64,000 nucleotides of DNA from Flaccisagitta enflata (lineage: Eukaryota): positions 4,526,001 to 4,590,000 of the forward strand of contig OZ231126.1 in assembly GCA_965153355.1 (NCBI GenBank). The letters are read 5' to 3'. Below, piece after piece: positions 26,832-41,340 of this stretch. Under the pieces are notes generated by a model. It ran no database searches. It worked only from the letters and a program-made list of their open reading frames with translations, and had not been told where the DNA came from. The position numbers and the translations under genes are program-made. The first letter of the stretch is position 1, and every line of letters starts with the position of its first letter.

Positions 26832-27386
26832 TGAGTGAGTGAGAGAGTGAAAGAGTGAGTGAGTGATTGAGAAAGAGAAAGAGAAAGAAAAAGAGAGAGG
26901 TTTGAAACATTTCCAGCTGTAATACAATGAGGTTCTATGGGATCGATCTACAGAGCCTATTCAACCACTTCATATAGTTGTCTAGGTTGATGCCCTCAAC
27001 CCTTTTCATCAACCAAATCATTTCTCATTTCAAAGTTTTCACCCAGGTGTAGAGTTGCGTGTCCGCAACTAAAAATAATTGGGACACAAGACTCGTTGGG
27101 ACACAGATTTTGGGTTGCTGCCCGAAAAATTTGGGCTCAAATACGCCCCTGTTCACACCCCGTTATACTGGATCCAAGAGTAACGGAAATTTGCCTAAAA
27201 CGGATAAAAAACTTTGGTCCCTCAAGTAATTTTCCCTCCCTGTTGCTCCCTCACTGTCTCACTTTCTCTCTATTTCTTTCTCCTCCTCCCCTTTATGTCT
27301 CCCTCACCCTCCCTCCCTCTACCTCCTTCCCCTACCTTCGCATCTCCCTCTCATTCCACACACACTTTTTCTTGTGTTTTCCGCAG

Positions 27387-27704
27387 CTGTTTTTCGCGCG
27401 GCTCTGCTGGAAGCGTGAGTGATCTGACAAGCGGCGGCGGCGGCGGCTGCGGCGGTGGCCGAAGACGACGCAGCTGCAGAGGAGAAATGCTTTACCCTTG
27501 CGCTCATAACAACAACCACAAAAACAACATCAACAATAACAACAACAGCACTGACTACAATAAATTCGGCAATATGAATCATAGATTGATCAACAACCTC
27601 CATCATTATCCACTGTGTCAGCATCATCCTCGATACCCTTCTTATCCTCATCCTCATCCTCATCCTCATCCTCATCCTTATCATTCGATGACTTCTTGTC
27701 AACG
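27387..27704 (+). CDS. Inverted copy of gene A, exon equivalent to 5266-5580
   Basis: Near-identical reverse complement, same splice sites. Confidence 0.75.
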
Positions 27705-28747
27705 GTGAGCATATCCATTAAACATGTAATGATACCTTTCTATGTTACATGTCTGCTTTTTTTTTAGTTGCAGACACGCAACTCTATAAGAGACTTTGTC
27801 CGTCCGTTGGTCCATCCGTTGGTCCGTCCGTTGGTCCGTGGTCATCGAGTTGAAAAGTGGAAAAACGAGCGTTTTTGATATTTTTTGTGTATGTTTGAGT
27901 GTTGGCAGTGGGTTGGGGTGTAGCTGGGGGTCGGATGCCCCTACCCACCCGACCGCAACGATATTGTGACTCTGCGTCACTTGTTTTTTTTTTTTTTAGA
28001 TTGCTTGTGAGATTTTGAGCCTTACGCCGTATTTATCTTACTTGTATGGATGTAATTTAATTAATTGGTTGTTAGATGTTATTGATGGTTGTCTTTTAGA
28101 GTCGGCCTTTAACCAGCTCTTACAGTTGGTATCTGTCTCTTTATTTGAGTTCCCTTTAACCAGCCCTTACAGTTGGTAACTGTTTTTTTTTTAGTTCCCT
28201 CTAACCAGCTCTTACAGTCTTTTTCTGTTCCTTTTTATGGGTTCCCTTTAACCAGTCCTTACAGTTGGTATCTGTTTTATTTTTTTGAGTTTCCTGTAGC
28301 CATCCTTTACTGACGGTACTCAGTACCTGTTTCTTTTTTTGAGTTCCCTTTAACCAGCCCTTACAGTTGATATCTTTTTCTTTGTTTGAGTACCCTTTAA
28401 CCAGCCCTTACAGTCGGTATCTGTCTCTTTGTTTGAGTTCCCTTTAACCAGCCCTTACAGTTGGTATCTGTTTTTTTTTTTGAGTTCCTCTTAACCAGCC
28501 CTTACTGTCGGTATGTTTCTTTTTTTCAGTTCCCTTTAACCTGCCCTTACGGTCGCTATCTGTTTCTTTTTTTTAATTCCCTTTAACCAGCCCTTAGTCT
28601 TTTTCTGTAACCAGCCCTTACAGTTGGTATCTGTTTCTTTTTTTGAATTCTCTTTAACCAGCCCTTACAGTCTGTATCTGTTTCTTTTTTTGAGTTCTCT
28701 TTAACCAGCCCTTACAGTGGGTATCTGTTTCTCTCCTCTTCTTACAG

Positions 28748-30084
28748 CTGCTTCTTGCCAGTGCTTCCGAGTGAAGTCGCCTCCAAGATGTCGTCATCCT
28801 CTCAAGATGGTTGTCAGCATCGGATACAAAACATGTCTAACAACATCAACAATGACGTCAATCAACACCAGCAACAACAACAACAGCATAATCCACAAAG
28901 ACAACAACAACAACAACAACAGCAGAGACAACAGCATCGTCAAGATGCTTCTGTCGCAACAGCGGTTAGTGGCCGCTGCGGTAACCCTAACCATAATCAA
29001 CAGCATCATCAGCATCGCACTGGCATCGCTACCGCTTCCTCTTCTTGTGGCGTTCAAAAGTGCGGCAACAGTTATTCTTTACCCAGAAATGGGGCCTGCC
29101 GCAGTAACAGCAATAGCAACAGCAACAACAGCATCGTCGGTGTTAGTTTGAAGCCCGTCAGTCGCGAAGGCAGCGTGAGTCAATTGACCGCTGCCGCAGC
29201 CACCACCACCACCCCTGCCGCAACTGCCGTAGACGCCGCCGCCACTGACTATCACATTGACAATACTCTTCCTCCTCCTTGTTCTTCGCATCCTCCTCTG
29301 CCCCCTCTCCCTCATCTTCACTGCCTTCATCCTCATCATCAGCGGGATTACCCTCCTCCTCCTCCATCTGCTCCTCTTCATTGCTGCTGCGAATCGGGAA
29401 ATGTTGATTCCGCAGCGGCAATCAGTTATTTTCCCTCCTTTGATGCTACAGCTTCAGTTGCTGAACCGACGGCGGCAGCAGCGGCAGAAAACTCATCCTC
29501 CACTGTTTCTTCCACGGCTGCAGCTGCTGCTGCTGCTGCGGCGGCGGCGGCGGCGGCGGCGGAAGTAGAAAGGGAATCTTTTTTGCTGCATCATCAAAAT
29601 CATTCTCATCATCATCCTCATCATCATCCTCAGTGTCTTCATCATCGGCATCAACTACAGCAACTTCCTCATTATCATCATCCAAGTTGTCGTCAAAAGC
29701 CTTTCGCATCCTCAGCTTTATCCGCATCACCTCCAAACTCTCTTCAAACGCTGAACCACGAGGATGACGTGGATGACGTCGTCGACAATGATGTCGCCAA
29801 TGTGGACGATGTGGACGATGTTGACGTTAACGATGACGTCGAGGATGCGGTCGACGATATTGTCGATAATCATCATCCGGCGGCGCCCGGAGGAGTGGCA
29901 GACCGAGGCTCCAGCGCCTCGTCATCGGGAAGCGATTCCGGCGTCGAAGTTGGTCGTAAGAATCCCAATCCGATCGTCAACAACCAACTTGGGCCACTTC
30001 CGGTTAACCACCAACTTGGACCAATTCCGATCGGCAACGTCATCCCACCCTCCATCGCAAATATGCCTTCAAGCGGGACCAACG
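28748..30084 (+). CDS. Inverted copy of gene A, large Q/H/A/D-rich exon
   Basis: Within the 524-aa ORF; CTTACAG acceptor, G|GTATGC donor; phase 2 to 1. Confidence 0.75.
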
Positions 30085-30138
30085 GTATGCTTTCATTTAC
30101 GCATGCAAACATGAAGAGCCCATCTGCCTGTCTGTTTC

Positions 30139-30287
<149 letters not shown>

Positions 30288-31356
30288 AGTCGCTCAGTCA
30301 GTCGTCAAATTCAAGACGATCTACAATGACGATTACTTTAATATGTATTTTTCCTTACATCACTTTCAAAAGAAAAGTCGCCTCCTAATTATGGGTGCTA
30401 AAGCGTCTCTATGAGAGGGTCAGTCTGTCAGCCCGTCGGTTGGTCTGTTGGCTGATCACAAATAATTTTGACCTGACGCACATGTTGGCCTACTTGATAC
30501 ATTTCAATGGAAGATGACTTTAGATGGATATAAAATACTTTGCCTTGCCCCTGCCTTTGTCTTTGCCTTTGCCCTTGCCTTTGTCTTTGCCTTTGCCCTT
30601 TGCCTTTTCTTTTGCCCTTGCCTTTGTCTTTGCCTTTTCCTTTGCCCTTACCTTTGCCCTTGCCTTTTCCTTTGCCCTTGCCTTTTCCTTTGCCCTGGCT
30701 TTTTTCTTTGCCCTTGCCTTTGCCTTTGCCTTTGCCTTAGCCCTTGTCTTTTTCTTAGCCCTCGCCTTTGCCTTTGCCCTTGCCTTTCACTTTGCCTTTG
30801 CCTTTTCCTTTTCCATTGCCTTTTCCTTTTCCATTGCCTTTTCCTTTGCCCTTGCCTTTGCCCTTGCCTTTTCCTTTGTCCTTGCCTTTTCCTTTGCCCT
30901 TGCTTTTTCCTTTGCCCTTGCCTTAGTCCTTGCCTTTTTCTTAGCCCTTGCCTTTTTCTTAGCCCTTGCCTTTTTTTTAGCCCTTGCCTTTGCCTTCGCC
31001 CTTGCCTTTCACTTTGCCTTTGCCTTTGCCTTTTCCTTTTCCATTGCCTTTTCCTTTGCCCTTGCCTTTGCCTTTGCCAGGTTGTATTGATTAATGGTTT
31101 GGTTTGCTTTGCAGGAGATTTGATTGCGGGCAAAATGAGCCTCAAGTTTCCAACATCTTTAAAGAAAGACTACATTTTTGACCGGAAAGGAACATTCTCA
31201 GGTACTGACTGTCGCTGATATAAAGTTTGTTATAGACTCTCTCTCCCACTTGAAAAATGCAAGTTTTGTCATCGTGAGTTATGCCTGATGTCTGTCTTTT
31301 CCTTCTCCCTTTTCTCATTTTATCCATCATTGTCTGTGTCGATTCGTTGATCAATA

Positions 31357-31946
31357 CTATCTAGGAAAAAAGTTTGGCGTCGCTCAGGGTTGGCAGTATG
31401 TTCCCCTCCTCATGTGCTCAAAGCTTGTGTTTCTGATTGTTTTTAGTTATTTTTATATTCATACTAACTAGAGCAAAAGAGAAAAGCAATCTTCAATCCA
31501 ATTAAGGGACTGTGAGTTTGGGTTGTTTATCACAACTAAGAGGTGGTTGTGGTAATGATAGTAGATTTTGGTCATTTTGGCTCTAAATTTGAGCTACTTT
31601 CTTTTCAAAATCTGACTGAAAATCCATGAGATTATAAAACTAGAGCTCAAAAGCTTAGTGGTGCAATCCGCATGTTTCGATCATATTTTAGGAAAATTTG
31701 AGAGCATTTCAAAGATGGAAGGGTAGAAGAAAAAATAAATTCTATTTTTTTTGCCATTTTAGAAAGTACATGATCAACTTTATATGCATGGCATTTCTAA
31801 ATGGTTTGACGCACAGAGACGAGATTGCGCTCAGATTGTAGATTTTTCAATGCAGATTAAAATGCTCATAAATTTTGTTTACTTATCTCAACAGGAAGTT
31901 GAGCTATCTCTCGTTAAAGGTGTCGCCAAACATATTTCCTAGGTAG
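31357..31946. mobile_element. TA-TSD MITE present only in the inverted copy
   Basis: TA|CTATCTAGGAAAAAAGTTTGGCG ... CGCCAAACATATTTCCTAGGTAG|TA; the empty site with a single TA is near 1716. Confidence 0.92.
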
Positions 31947-32404
31947 TATATGATTTGATATCATGATCTCTCATATTAGTCTTTTTTTGTCAAACTGATT
32001 TCAAATCTAAAACCGAGTTTTTCCTCATCTAATCATTGTTTTCTTTTTTCCTACTAACGCAACACAACATGCCACACCTCGTTTGACCACAATACACTGC
32101 ACCACACCATGTTACATGACATTACATCACACTGCACCACATTTCACGAAACCACATCATACCTAACCACACTATGTCAAATCACACAACACTACACAAT
32201 GCCAAACCACACAACGCCAAACTATGCCAAAACACACACAACACCACACCATGCCAAACAACACAACACCACACCATGCCAAACCACTTAACACCCCACC
32301 ATGCCAAACCACTTAACACCACACTATGCCAAACCACTCTACACCACACTACGCCAAACCACACAACACAACACTATTCCATACCACCACCACCCTTCCC
32401 ACAG

Positions 32405-32801
32405 CTGCCCGATTGGAGTCTTTGGGTGTGCCTCTTCGTCTCCACGCATCCACTTCCAACTTATCCCCTTCCTCCTTCCTCGTCGCTCCTCCTCCTCCTC
32501 CTCCTCCTCCTCCTACTTTTATACCACCTTATCATCATCAACATCAATTTCTTCATCATCATCATCATTATAATCCTTCTGCTCTTGATGCCGCTCTATA
32601 CCCAACAGCAGCAGCAGCAGCAGCAACAGCTGCAGCAGTCTCGTCCGCGCAGCCGCCGACGCATTGCAGCTGCGGCGGCCAGTTTGTCGCGGTAGATAAA
32701 GAGTTGGTTGCTTCAATGGGACATTGCCATCACGCCATTCTTGACAAATTGAAACAGCAACAACAGCTACATCATTATCTCTGGAAGCAACAACACCAAT
32801 T

Positions 32802-32883
<82 letters not shown>

Positions 32884-33954
32884 CGGGATCATAACCAAGA
32901 GACACTAATGGAAGGTGATGACTTGAAAACACCGTTTATAAGCTCCTCGTCTTCGACCACTCCTGTTATGAATGCTGCTGCTAATGCTGCTGCTAATGCC
33001 GCTGCTAATGCTGCCGCCAATACCGCTTCACCTCGTCGCCTTTCTTCCTCATCCTCCTCATCAATGCTGCATCTGCCCATCACCCCTGAAAGCGGCGCGG
33101 CTGTAACAGATGCTGTTGCCACAGATGTCGTTGCCACAGATGCCGTTTCAACAGATGCCGTTGCAACAGACACCCAAAATGACGCCAAAATGGACACCGT
33201 CGAAGTCACAACTACCTCCAATAACTCGAAGGAGTTTTCACCATCTTCGCATGATCTACCTCCCGCCACTTCTCCTTCTCCTCCTCCTCTTCCCTCATCT
33301 ACTCCCTCTCTCCCTGCAGCCACTTCCTCTCTTCCACCAAACGATGATTCAAATGCCACTCATGCTGCAGCGCCTGATGCATCGCAGCTGCGTCATGCTG
33401 TAGAGTGCAACGCACCACCGCAGCATGAGATCAGTCAGGCGTGTCCGCTCCAAGATGCCGCAAAACGGCTTGTGGATTCCGCTGTGGCATCCGCATCCGC
33501 ACCCGCATCCGCATCCACATGCGCATCCGCGTCCACATCCGCATCCGCATCTGCATCTCAACTCGCATCCGCATCCGCCCCCGCATTCCCATCCGCATCC
33601 GCATCCGCATCCACATCCGCATCCGCAACTACAAAGAGTGCCATTGACTCCTCTTCCGCTTCCTCCACTTCCTTCTCTACCTCCCCATCAAAGACTCTTA
33701 GCAAGTCCTTAAGCGTTGCAAATGATGCTCTTATTATTCCCCTTGTAACATTTCGCTCTACCGCTGCCTCTGGACATGGTCTTGGAAATGATGATGACAA
33801 TGATGACTACAATGATGACTACAATGATGGCATTAGTAAGCGTGTGGAGTCCACAGACGGAGACCGATCGCAAAAGCACTGCAACCAAGCTGCGCAAGCA
33901 ACGACAAAAACAACAACACCAACAACAACAACAACAACTTCCTCTTTCATTTGA
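32405..33954 (+). CDS. Inverted copy of gene A, complete terminal exon (poly-P/H/Q, SASA repeats, ends ...TTTTSSFI*)
   Basis: CCCACAG acceptor phase 1 within the 542-aa ORF; TGA at 33952-33954 followed by T-rich 3'UTR-like sequence. Confidence 0.8.
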
Positions 33955-34588
33955 TTTGTTTGTTTTTGTTTTTGTTTTTTTTTTTAAACAAAATGTTGTC
34001 GTTGTGATTACATTATCATAATTATTATTATTTTTTTGTTCGCTGTCACTGCGTGACTCTTTTGAAACCATAAAAAGCAAAAAGAAAAAAAAACCCTCAT
34101 AATTGATTTTTTCCCCTCCTTTGATTGATTTTTATTTTCTTTTATCTTGTTCGTCTGTGTGTTGGTGTGTGTGTGTGCGTTTGTGTGTTTGAAAATGTTG
34201 GATTTTTTCCCAGTACAACCTCTTTTTTTTGTTTTAAGTGCATCCAGTGTTTTTCAATGAAATTATGTTTCTCCGTTTTTTTTTCTTCTACAAAATGGAT
34301 GTGTGGCTTTATTTGGACGCTTATATATGGTAGCTGTGTATTCAGGCGTTCATACAATGCAAATTTTGATTGTTTTGTGCAATTTATGATTTTTTTTTTT
34401 TACTTTTACTTTTAAAGAGATCTTGCTTTTTTTCTGGGGGGGGGGGAGGGTAGGGTGTTTACCTTATTTTGTGAAAATTGCTTGATGGAACCAAAAGCAA
34501 TCAAGTAATAACAAAAAGGGGAAATTACAACACAACATGAAAAAGGTTTTCTTTATGAAAGACCCGTTTTCTTAAGGATGATATGGCA

Positions 34589-34653
<65 letters not shown>

Positions 34654-36044
34654 TCCTATACCCACTCTTTTCCCTCCTCTTCTGTCATTTTTCTTTTCAT
34701 CCTTAAGTCCTTATTCCTCACTTTTTCCCCATCCTTTTCTTCCCATTTATTATCTTCTACCTCCTTTTCTCTTTTCTCTTTTCTCTTTTCTCTTTTCTCT
34801 TTTCTTTTTTCTCTCTTCTCCATCCTTCCTCATCTTTTTCTCTTTTTCTCAGTTTTCTTTTTCTGGTTCTTTTTCAAACATTACCTAAAACCTCAAAAAT
34901 TGTTTTCTTTTTTATGAATTCAAAATGCTGCCATCTAGATTACATACAGTTCACATTTTTTCTCTATTTTTTGAAAGGAGAAGAGCAAAAAAGAAAAAAA
35001 AAGTGATTTCATTTCTGAAAGCTGTTCATTTCTTTGAAAGCTAGCAAGTAGAAACTCTCCTACCTCCTTTTTTAACCAACATCAACGCTCTCTATATTTG
35101 TCTTTGATGATTCTCAAAAAAACACATGAGCATCGTCAGTTTGTTTTTTTTTTCTTTTCATTTGCATTTTACGATGTGAAATTAGGAATAGAATTTGTTC
35201 ATCAATCTTCTTTCTCTTTGGAGAGAGGACATTCATTCTTTTTCACTATTTCTTCAAGCCAATAAAGCGGAAAAATAGTAGTAAGAAGTTAGCATGGTAT
35301 GATAATATTAATGATAATTGATAGTTGAATATGAATTGGCTTGTGTCATGCATACTATTATGATTATTATTATCGTTGCCATTAGCCAAGTTTCATTAAC
35401 TAATTTCAGGGCTTTTTATGTCTCCTATCTGAGGGAGATGTCATGTAAATACATTTGTCTTATTGGATTGCCTTAACTTCTACTAAATTATTATTGAACA
35501 AATGAATATTTTTGTTTGTGCGGTATCTAGCATATTATGTTTGCATCTTCAATTTTTTATATATTGCCAATTTCCTCCTCCTCGTGTAGGGTGAGAGCAA
35601 CTACAAAAAATGAGAAAAAAAAAACAAGCAAAAACAACACCGATAACAACCACAACAAAAACAGCAGCAATGACAACTAAAAAAGACTGTAACAACTTCG
35701 ACAACTTGACTAAAGAAGGATTTTGAACAAATACAGATTTTGAACAAATACAGTATAAGTTCACAAAGGATTCTAAGGCCGTTCCTATTTTTCAAAGAAT
35801 TGAAGTAAAATAAAGTAGTTTTTATTGATTAACAATGCAGTTACGCACTATCTATTAGGGAAAGAAATGCCGTTTTTGTAAAGTTCTTCAAAGTAACCCC
35901 AACCCCATCCCTTACCTTAACTCCAGCCTCAAGAATGACAAAAAATTTAATTACCCATTATGATTTCTTTCAATCTAGTCCTCTAGAATATGCTCTTGTG
36001 AAGCATGACTGTGGTCAAGTAAAGTCTTTAATATTAGAATATAT

Positions 36045-36685
36045 TCTTCTGATTTGCTAAGCATCTTTACTGGGTCATCAATCTCGACTGGGAAAAAGTG
36101 TTAAGCTTTTGCTCTCAGCCGCTTTTTCTCACTGGTCTGGAATTTGTTTTCTTTTATAGTAATATGTTTGACATTTTTTGTGTCAAAATTTCGTAAGTCT
36201 GAGTTAAATACTTTGTTTACAATGTCAATTTAAAGAAAAATAAGCATTTTCAGATATAGCGTACCTAGCCTTAATTCATCAAAATTGTTTTTCTTTGATT
36301 TGCTCTTAATTCTCGCTGGTTTGAGCAGCAAGTGTCAGATTTGTCTAAGTTTAAGATATCTTTATGAATTCTAACAGAACATCTTTAATTTCAGACTGTT
36401 TCAGCATTTGTAGCTCAAACTGATCCAAAATGAGGGAAAATAATTTTGATGAAAAAAGATTGAATTAAGCTTCAGACACAAATACTTGTTCTACTTCAAA
36501 TTGATGTTGTGGACAAGATATTTGACGCAGACCAATAAAATTTTGACACAAAAAATGTCAAACATAGCACTATATAAAAAAATTAATTCCAGGTCATTGA
36601 GAAGAAGCATCGGAGAGCAAAAGCTTAATTCTTTTTCCCAGTCGAGATTGATGACCCTGTAAATACAATAGGAGCAAAAATCAGG
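36045..36685. mobile_element. Degenerate palindromic MITE-like element
   Basis: Inverted arms such as GGGTCATCAATCTCGACTGGGAAAAAG / CTTTTTCCCAGTCGAGATTGATGACCC. Confidence 0.7.
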
Positions 36686-37226
36686 TAACATCTTTTTTCT
36701 ATTTGTTACGGAGAAAGAAGAAAAATGATAGCGAAAGAAAAATTATCCTGACAGTTTTCACTTTTCTTTTTTTTTTAGGTAAAACCAAGACAAATTTTTA
36801 TTTTCATTGGATTGGTAACAGTGGCTTCAAAGTTTGCTTAACAGCGAATTGTTTTCTTTTTTATGATTTGTACGCTGTATAGGTTCATTATAGGTATTTT
36901 TGATTGGACTACTTGACATAAACAGGAATTGTCCAAAATCTTCAGATTCAAATGTTTCCTTTTTATCTCTTTCCTTTCTTGACTTTTGTCGCTTATGATA
37001 AATTGAAAAGCGAATGTTTTTTTGAAGCTGCACAATTCTGATGATAAATTTTAGTCTGGTCCCATTTCTATATTTTTATCTTTTTACTTTTAATCTCTCT
37101 TCCCCTGACTTTGATTTGCCTCTACTCTTGCTTGACAAATCTTTCATTGGTGTGCAATACTCAGGGAGAGCAACATAACACATTGTTCATCATTGAAAGG
37201 CAGGTCACGAACTGATGTGGTGAGTT

Positions 37227-37343
<117 letters not shown>

Positions 37344-38059
37344 ATCTCTCTATTTTTTAATCGTTTTCTGATCTTTTTTTTATAGTAACAGGGTAAAAAA
37401 ATAATCTTCATTTTATTGATCAAGTAATAATCACGTTTAATTACATTACATGTGTGTCCCCTGGCAGTTTTCCTTGCCTTTCCTAGAAATTAAAGACCCC
37501 CAAAATTTGCATAACCTAAGAAAGAAAACAGTAATAAAACAAAACCTCCACATTATAACTAGACATGATCACTTAATGACTATCAGTGATTTTTTAAACC
37601 TCATTTGACAGTTTCCTCTCTAATCTCATTTTTCGTCATTAGAAGTACCATTTATACTAAATAAATCAATGACTCAATGAATGAACTTCACTGAGCTGAA
37701 GTTTGCTGAAATATGACCTCCATACTACCTGCAGTTCGCTGCAGCAGCATTAATTATGAAAAAGAATGATTTTGCGTTTAAAGATTTTGTGAAAGTTTCT
37801 TGGACACAGGCTATGTATGAGCCAAAATCTGTCTAAAAGCATGCATTTTATATGAAATAAAGAGGACAAATATACATCATGACCTGTAGAGAACTTTAGA
37901 TTGATGACGATGATGAGGATGATTATGATTCAAAGAAAATAAAGAGGAGAAAGAGAAAGATGATGATGATAATGATGATGATGATGATGATGATGATAAA
38001 AATTTAGATACATTAAAATCTATTTACCATGTAGCAAAAAGACCTTTTTTCCTCACCTT

Positions 38060-38142
<83 letters not shown>

Positions 38143-38680
38143 GTTTCCATCTGTATTTGTTTAATCTGCATCTAAATTTGTGTATACATCAAGTAACTAC
38201 TGTTATTCAGGGCATTGATGATGAAAAAGTATACATTGTACAAATTTTTTTTTCTCTGTAGTTGTAAAGGTTTGAATTTTTCTTGACATATTCAAACACA
38301 TGTACTCCTTAGGTAATTCCTTGATGGTAAAAAATGCATATTGGAACAAGAGGGAAAGGACTTTTTTTGAAGTCAACATCATACTGAACATCTAAATGAA
38401 TTGCTAAGTTGTGTATTTCTATCACAGCTGGAAATTAGGGGTTGTTTTTATAGGATTAGTTTTCATGTAATCCAGTAAAAAAAACAAAAAAACTCAATCA
38501 CACTTTGTACAAATACCACTGGTTACTCTTTCTAGTGTACCATGTAATGAAATGATACCTACTACATACCCATGAGCGTTTTTATTTCATCATTAGGACA
38601 TTCTTATGATATAGGTTTTGCTAAATTTGAAGGTAATTCAGTTAAAATGATGAGCAAATCCACCTGTGTTGATAGACAGT

Positions 38681-38712
<32 letters not shown>

Positions 38713-40074
38713 TCGGCTAACCAAGACGGTAACATTAACTCACTTCACTCACTTCCTCTTGGGACAGTGGAAAAACAAGGCCGGATACACGGCTACCGAA
38801 GTCGCGTGCGGGTGGGCAGGGGCCATATTTGAGGTCACTAGACCATTAGGGCAGGAGCAGTGGGGGTCAAAGAAATAGAATCATAAAAAAAAGTAAAATG
38901 TGACCAACCGACCAATGGATCGACCAACTGACGGACGGACGGACGGACAAAGCGGGTTGTAGAGGCGCGTGCACGCGACTAAAAACAAGGCCGGATACAC
39001 GGCACTCCAGTCGCGGACGGCTGGGCAGGAGCAGTAATGCAAAAACCGCTTGGAATTCAAAAATGTGACAGACAGATGGACGGACCGACCTACCGACCGA
39101 CCGACCGACACGGCAAGGTGTAGTGGCGTGTCCGCGATTAAAAAGGGAAAAGATAGAAAGATGTTAGAAATGAAGGTTAAGAAGATAACCCCTTAAGAAG
39201 ATAACCATAGAGAGAAACCCACCAATACTGTCTTGTTAGCAATCTCAATCTGTGTCTTTTGCACAGCTTGAATTCACAAGTTTGGAGCCTAAATTTTCTA
39301 CGGGACCGTCTCCGCGATTTTCAGCGATACTTAATGACAGTCAAATCCCGCTCCAACAGATTTAAGGGGACCAACATACAGTTAATGTTGACTAGACTTG
39401 GAAATACAGAGGAATTCATTACAGGAAGCGTAATTACGGCGTAATTACCATAGAGACAGACTAGCTAGAGAATTTAGACTAGTAATAGGTAACTATAAAG
39501 CAGAATTTGAAAGATGGAGCATCCCAATAGACATTCAATCCTGGTTCAATGATATCCTTAATAACCCACAAAATAACCTCTCACCTGATAGTACCCATCT
39601 CAATATGATGATCCCTTCCTTCTCTCAACCCATACCAGAAAACAATGCAAATAGATTCACCACCCTTAGCCAATAACAAACTAGTTAGCTCAATATAATA
39701 AATTCAGATGTTATTATGTAGCCTGAATTTATTATATTGCTTTCATCTGGATGTTATTATGTAGCTCAGCTCTGAAAGGTTAACGCCCCTCCCTTTACTA
39801 GTCAGTTAAATAGTTGTACAACACAGTTAATTAATTTGCAAACTAGTTGAGTTTTTGCTTCTTGCCTCTTGTCATTGTTGAGAAATTTGAGGTCATGTTA
39901 TTCTCCTTTAGAGTGAACTTATTAAAATTTATCGGATTATTGGTAATGCTGAGATATAATTGATTATGGTTAATTCTGACAATATGTTAAATTAAGTTAA
40001 ATTATGGTTTACTGTTTATTTATATTTATGCTAAACTGTATAAGACTTTGATGATTCATGTTAGGTGGTTTATG

Positions 40075-40255
40075 TTGAGTTATGTTAAATTATGTTAAAT
40101 TATGTTGAATTATGTTAAATTATGTTAAATTAATTTAGATGATATAAGATTATATTGAATTATGTTAAATTATGTTATATTATGTTAAATTATGTTAAAT
40201 TATGTTAAATTATGTTAAATTATGTTAAATTATGTTAAAATTTATGTTAAATGAT
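40075..40255. repeat. (TTATGTTAAA)n 10-bp satellite
   Basis: Direct reading. Confidence 0.95.
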
Positions 40256-41340
40256 GCTAAATTCAAAATTGTTATAAATTCACATTAAAATTTGTTATTG
40301 AAAATTGCTAACCATTTCCTCTCTCTCTTTGTCTTCCCCAGATTGTACCCTGGTCTTTTCTAACCACCTCCACTCCCATTGGTCAATTCCCAAACCTCAC
40401 TCCTTTAATCCCCTTGACAATCATTTTCCTCTTCATGACCGCTCTTTTTGTTGCTATGGGCTTCAGTTTAGAGCTCTTTTTCTCAACCTTTCCTCATGAT
40501 GTTTCATTTCACCTCAACAACTTTCTATCTTCTTGGTCTCCTTTTATGCTCACTATTTCTTACTGTTAACTTTCATGATCACTTTATATGTTAACCTTGC
40601 TTTTCCTTTTCCTTTTGTAAGAGTGCCTTCTCTCATGCTTCTCACATTTAGTTTGTTTATATTTCAATCTATATGTGGGGGTAATGATAAAAGAGGGTAC
40701 GCTATTATTTTTACCAGAGAATAAATTGGGGATGGAAGCTTTAACCCAGCCTTAATATTTTAAGACGGTCCACAGCCCGTCTCTGGTTAGGAATAGTTTT
40801 ATTTTCCTTTCAAATCTCTTTTCAGTTTTACTTGTGTTTCATAATTTTTGCTTATAATCTATCTTTTTAATGTCAAACCTAATTTCATTTCCTTCCTTAT
40901 TTTTAGGCAATCTAGTTTTCTTTTTCATCTGCATCTTATTTTTCCTTTTCTATTAACCACAAAAAAAATTAAAATGCCGATATTTGAAATAAAAATTAAT
41001 AAGAGGATGCTTTATTGCCAAATGGTTTTGGTTGCCATGGAAATACATTTCCATGTTTTCAAGCTAAAGTATCAATATTTTTAAGAAATTTTTTGAGGGA
41101 ACATTATTTGAAACAAAATTTGCTATAACTAATCTACAATATGTTTTGTAAGAACATTACTCATTTGGCGGTTGCTAGGGAGCATCACAGGGCTGTCACA
41201 AATAGTTACCCTCCCTAGCAACGGCTAAACAATCAATATTTTTACAGAACATATTCCAAATATCAGTTTTTAAAGTATATTAATCTTTCTGTAATGAATT
41301 CCCCTGTATTTTCAAGTCTAGACGACATCTACTGTATGTA

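Noticed and set aside
39130-39720. Possible retroelement coding relic
   Set aside because: Only short stop-interrupted frames; no recognisable RT, endonuclease or ribozyme motif.
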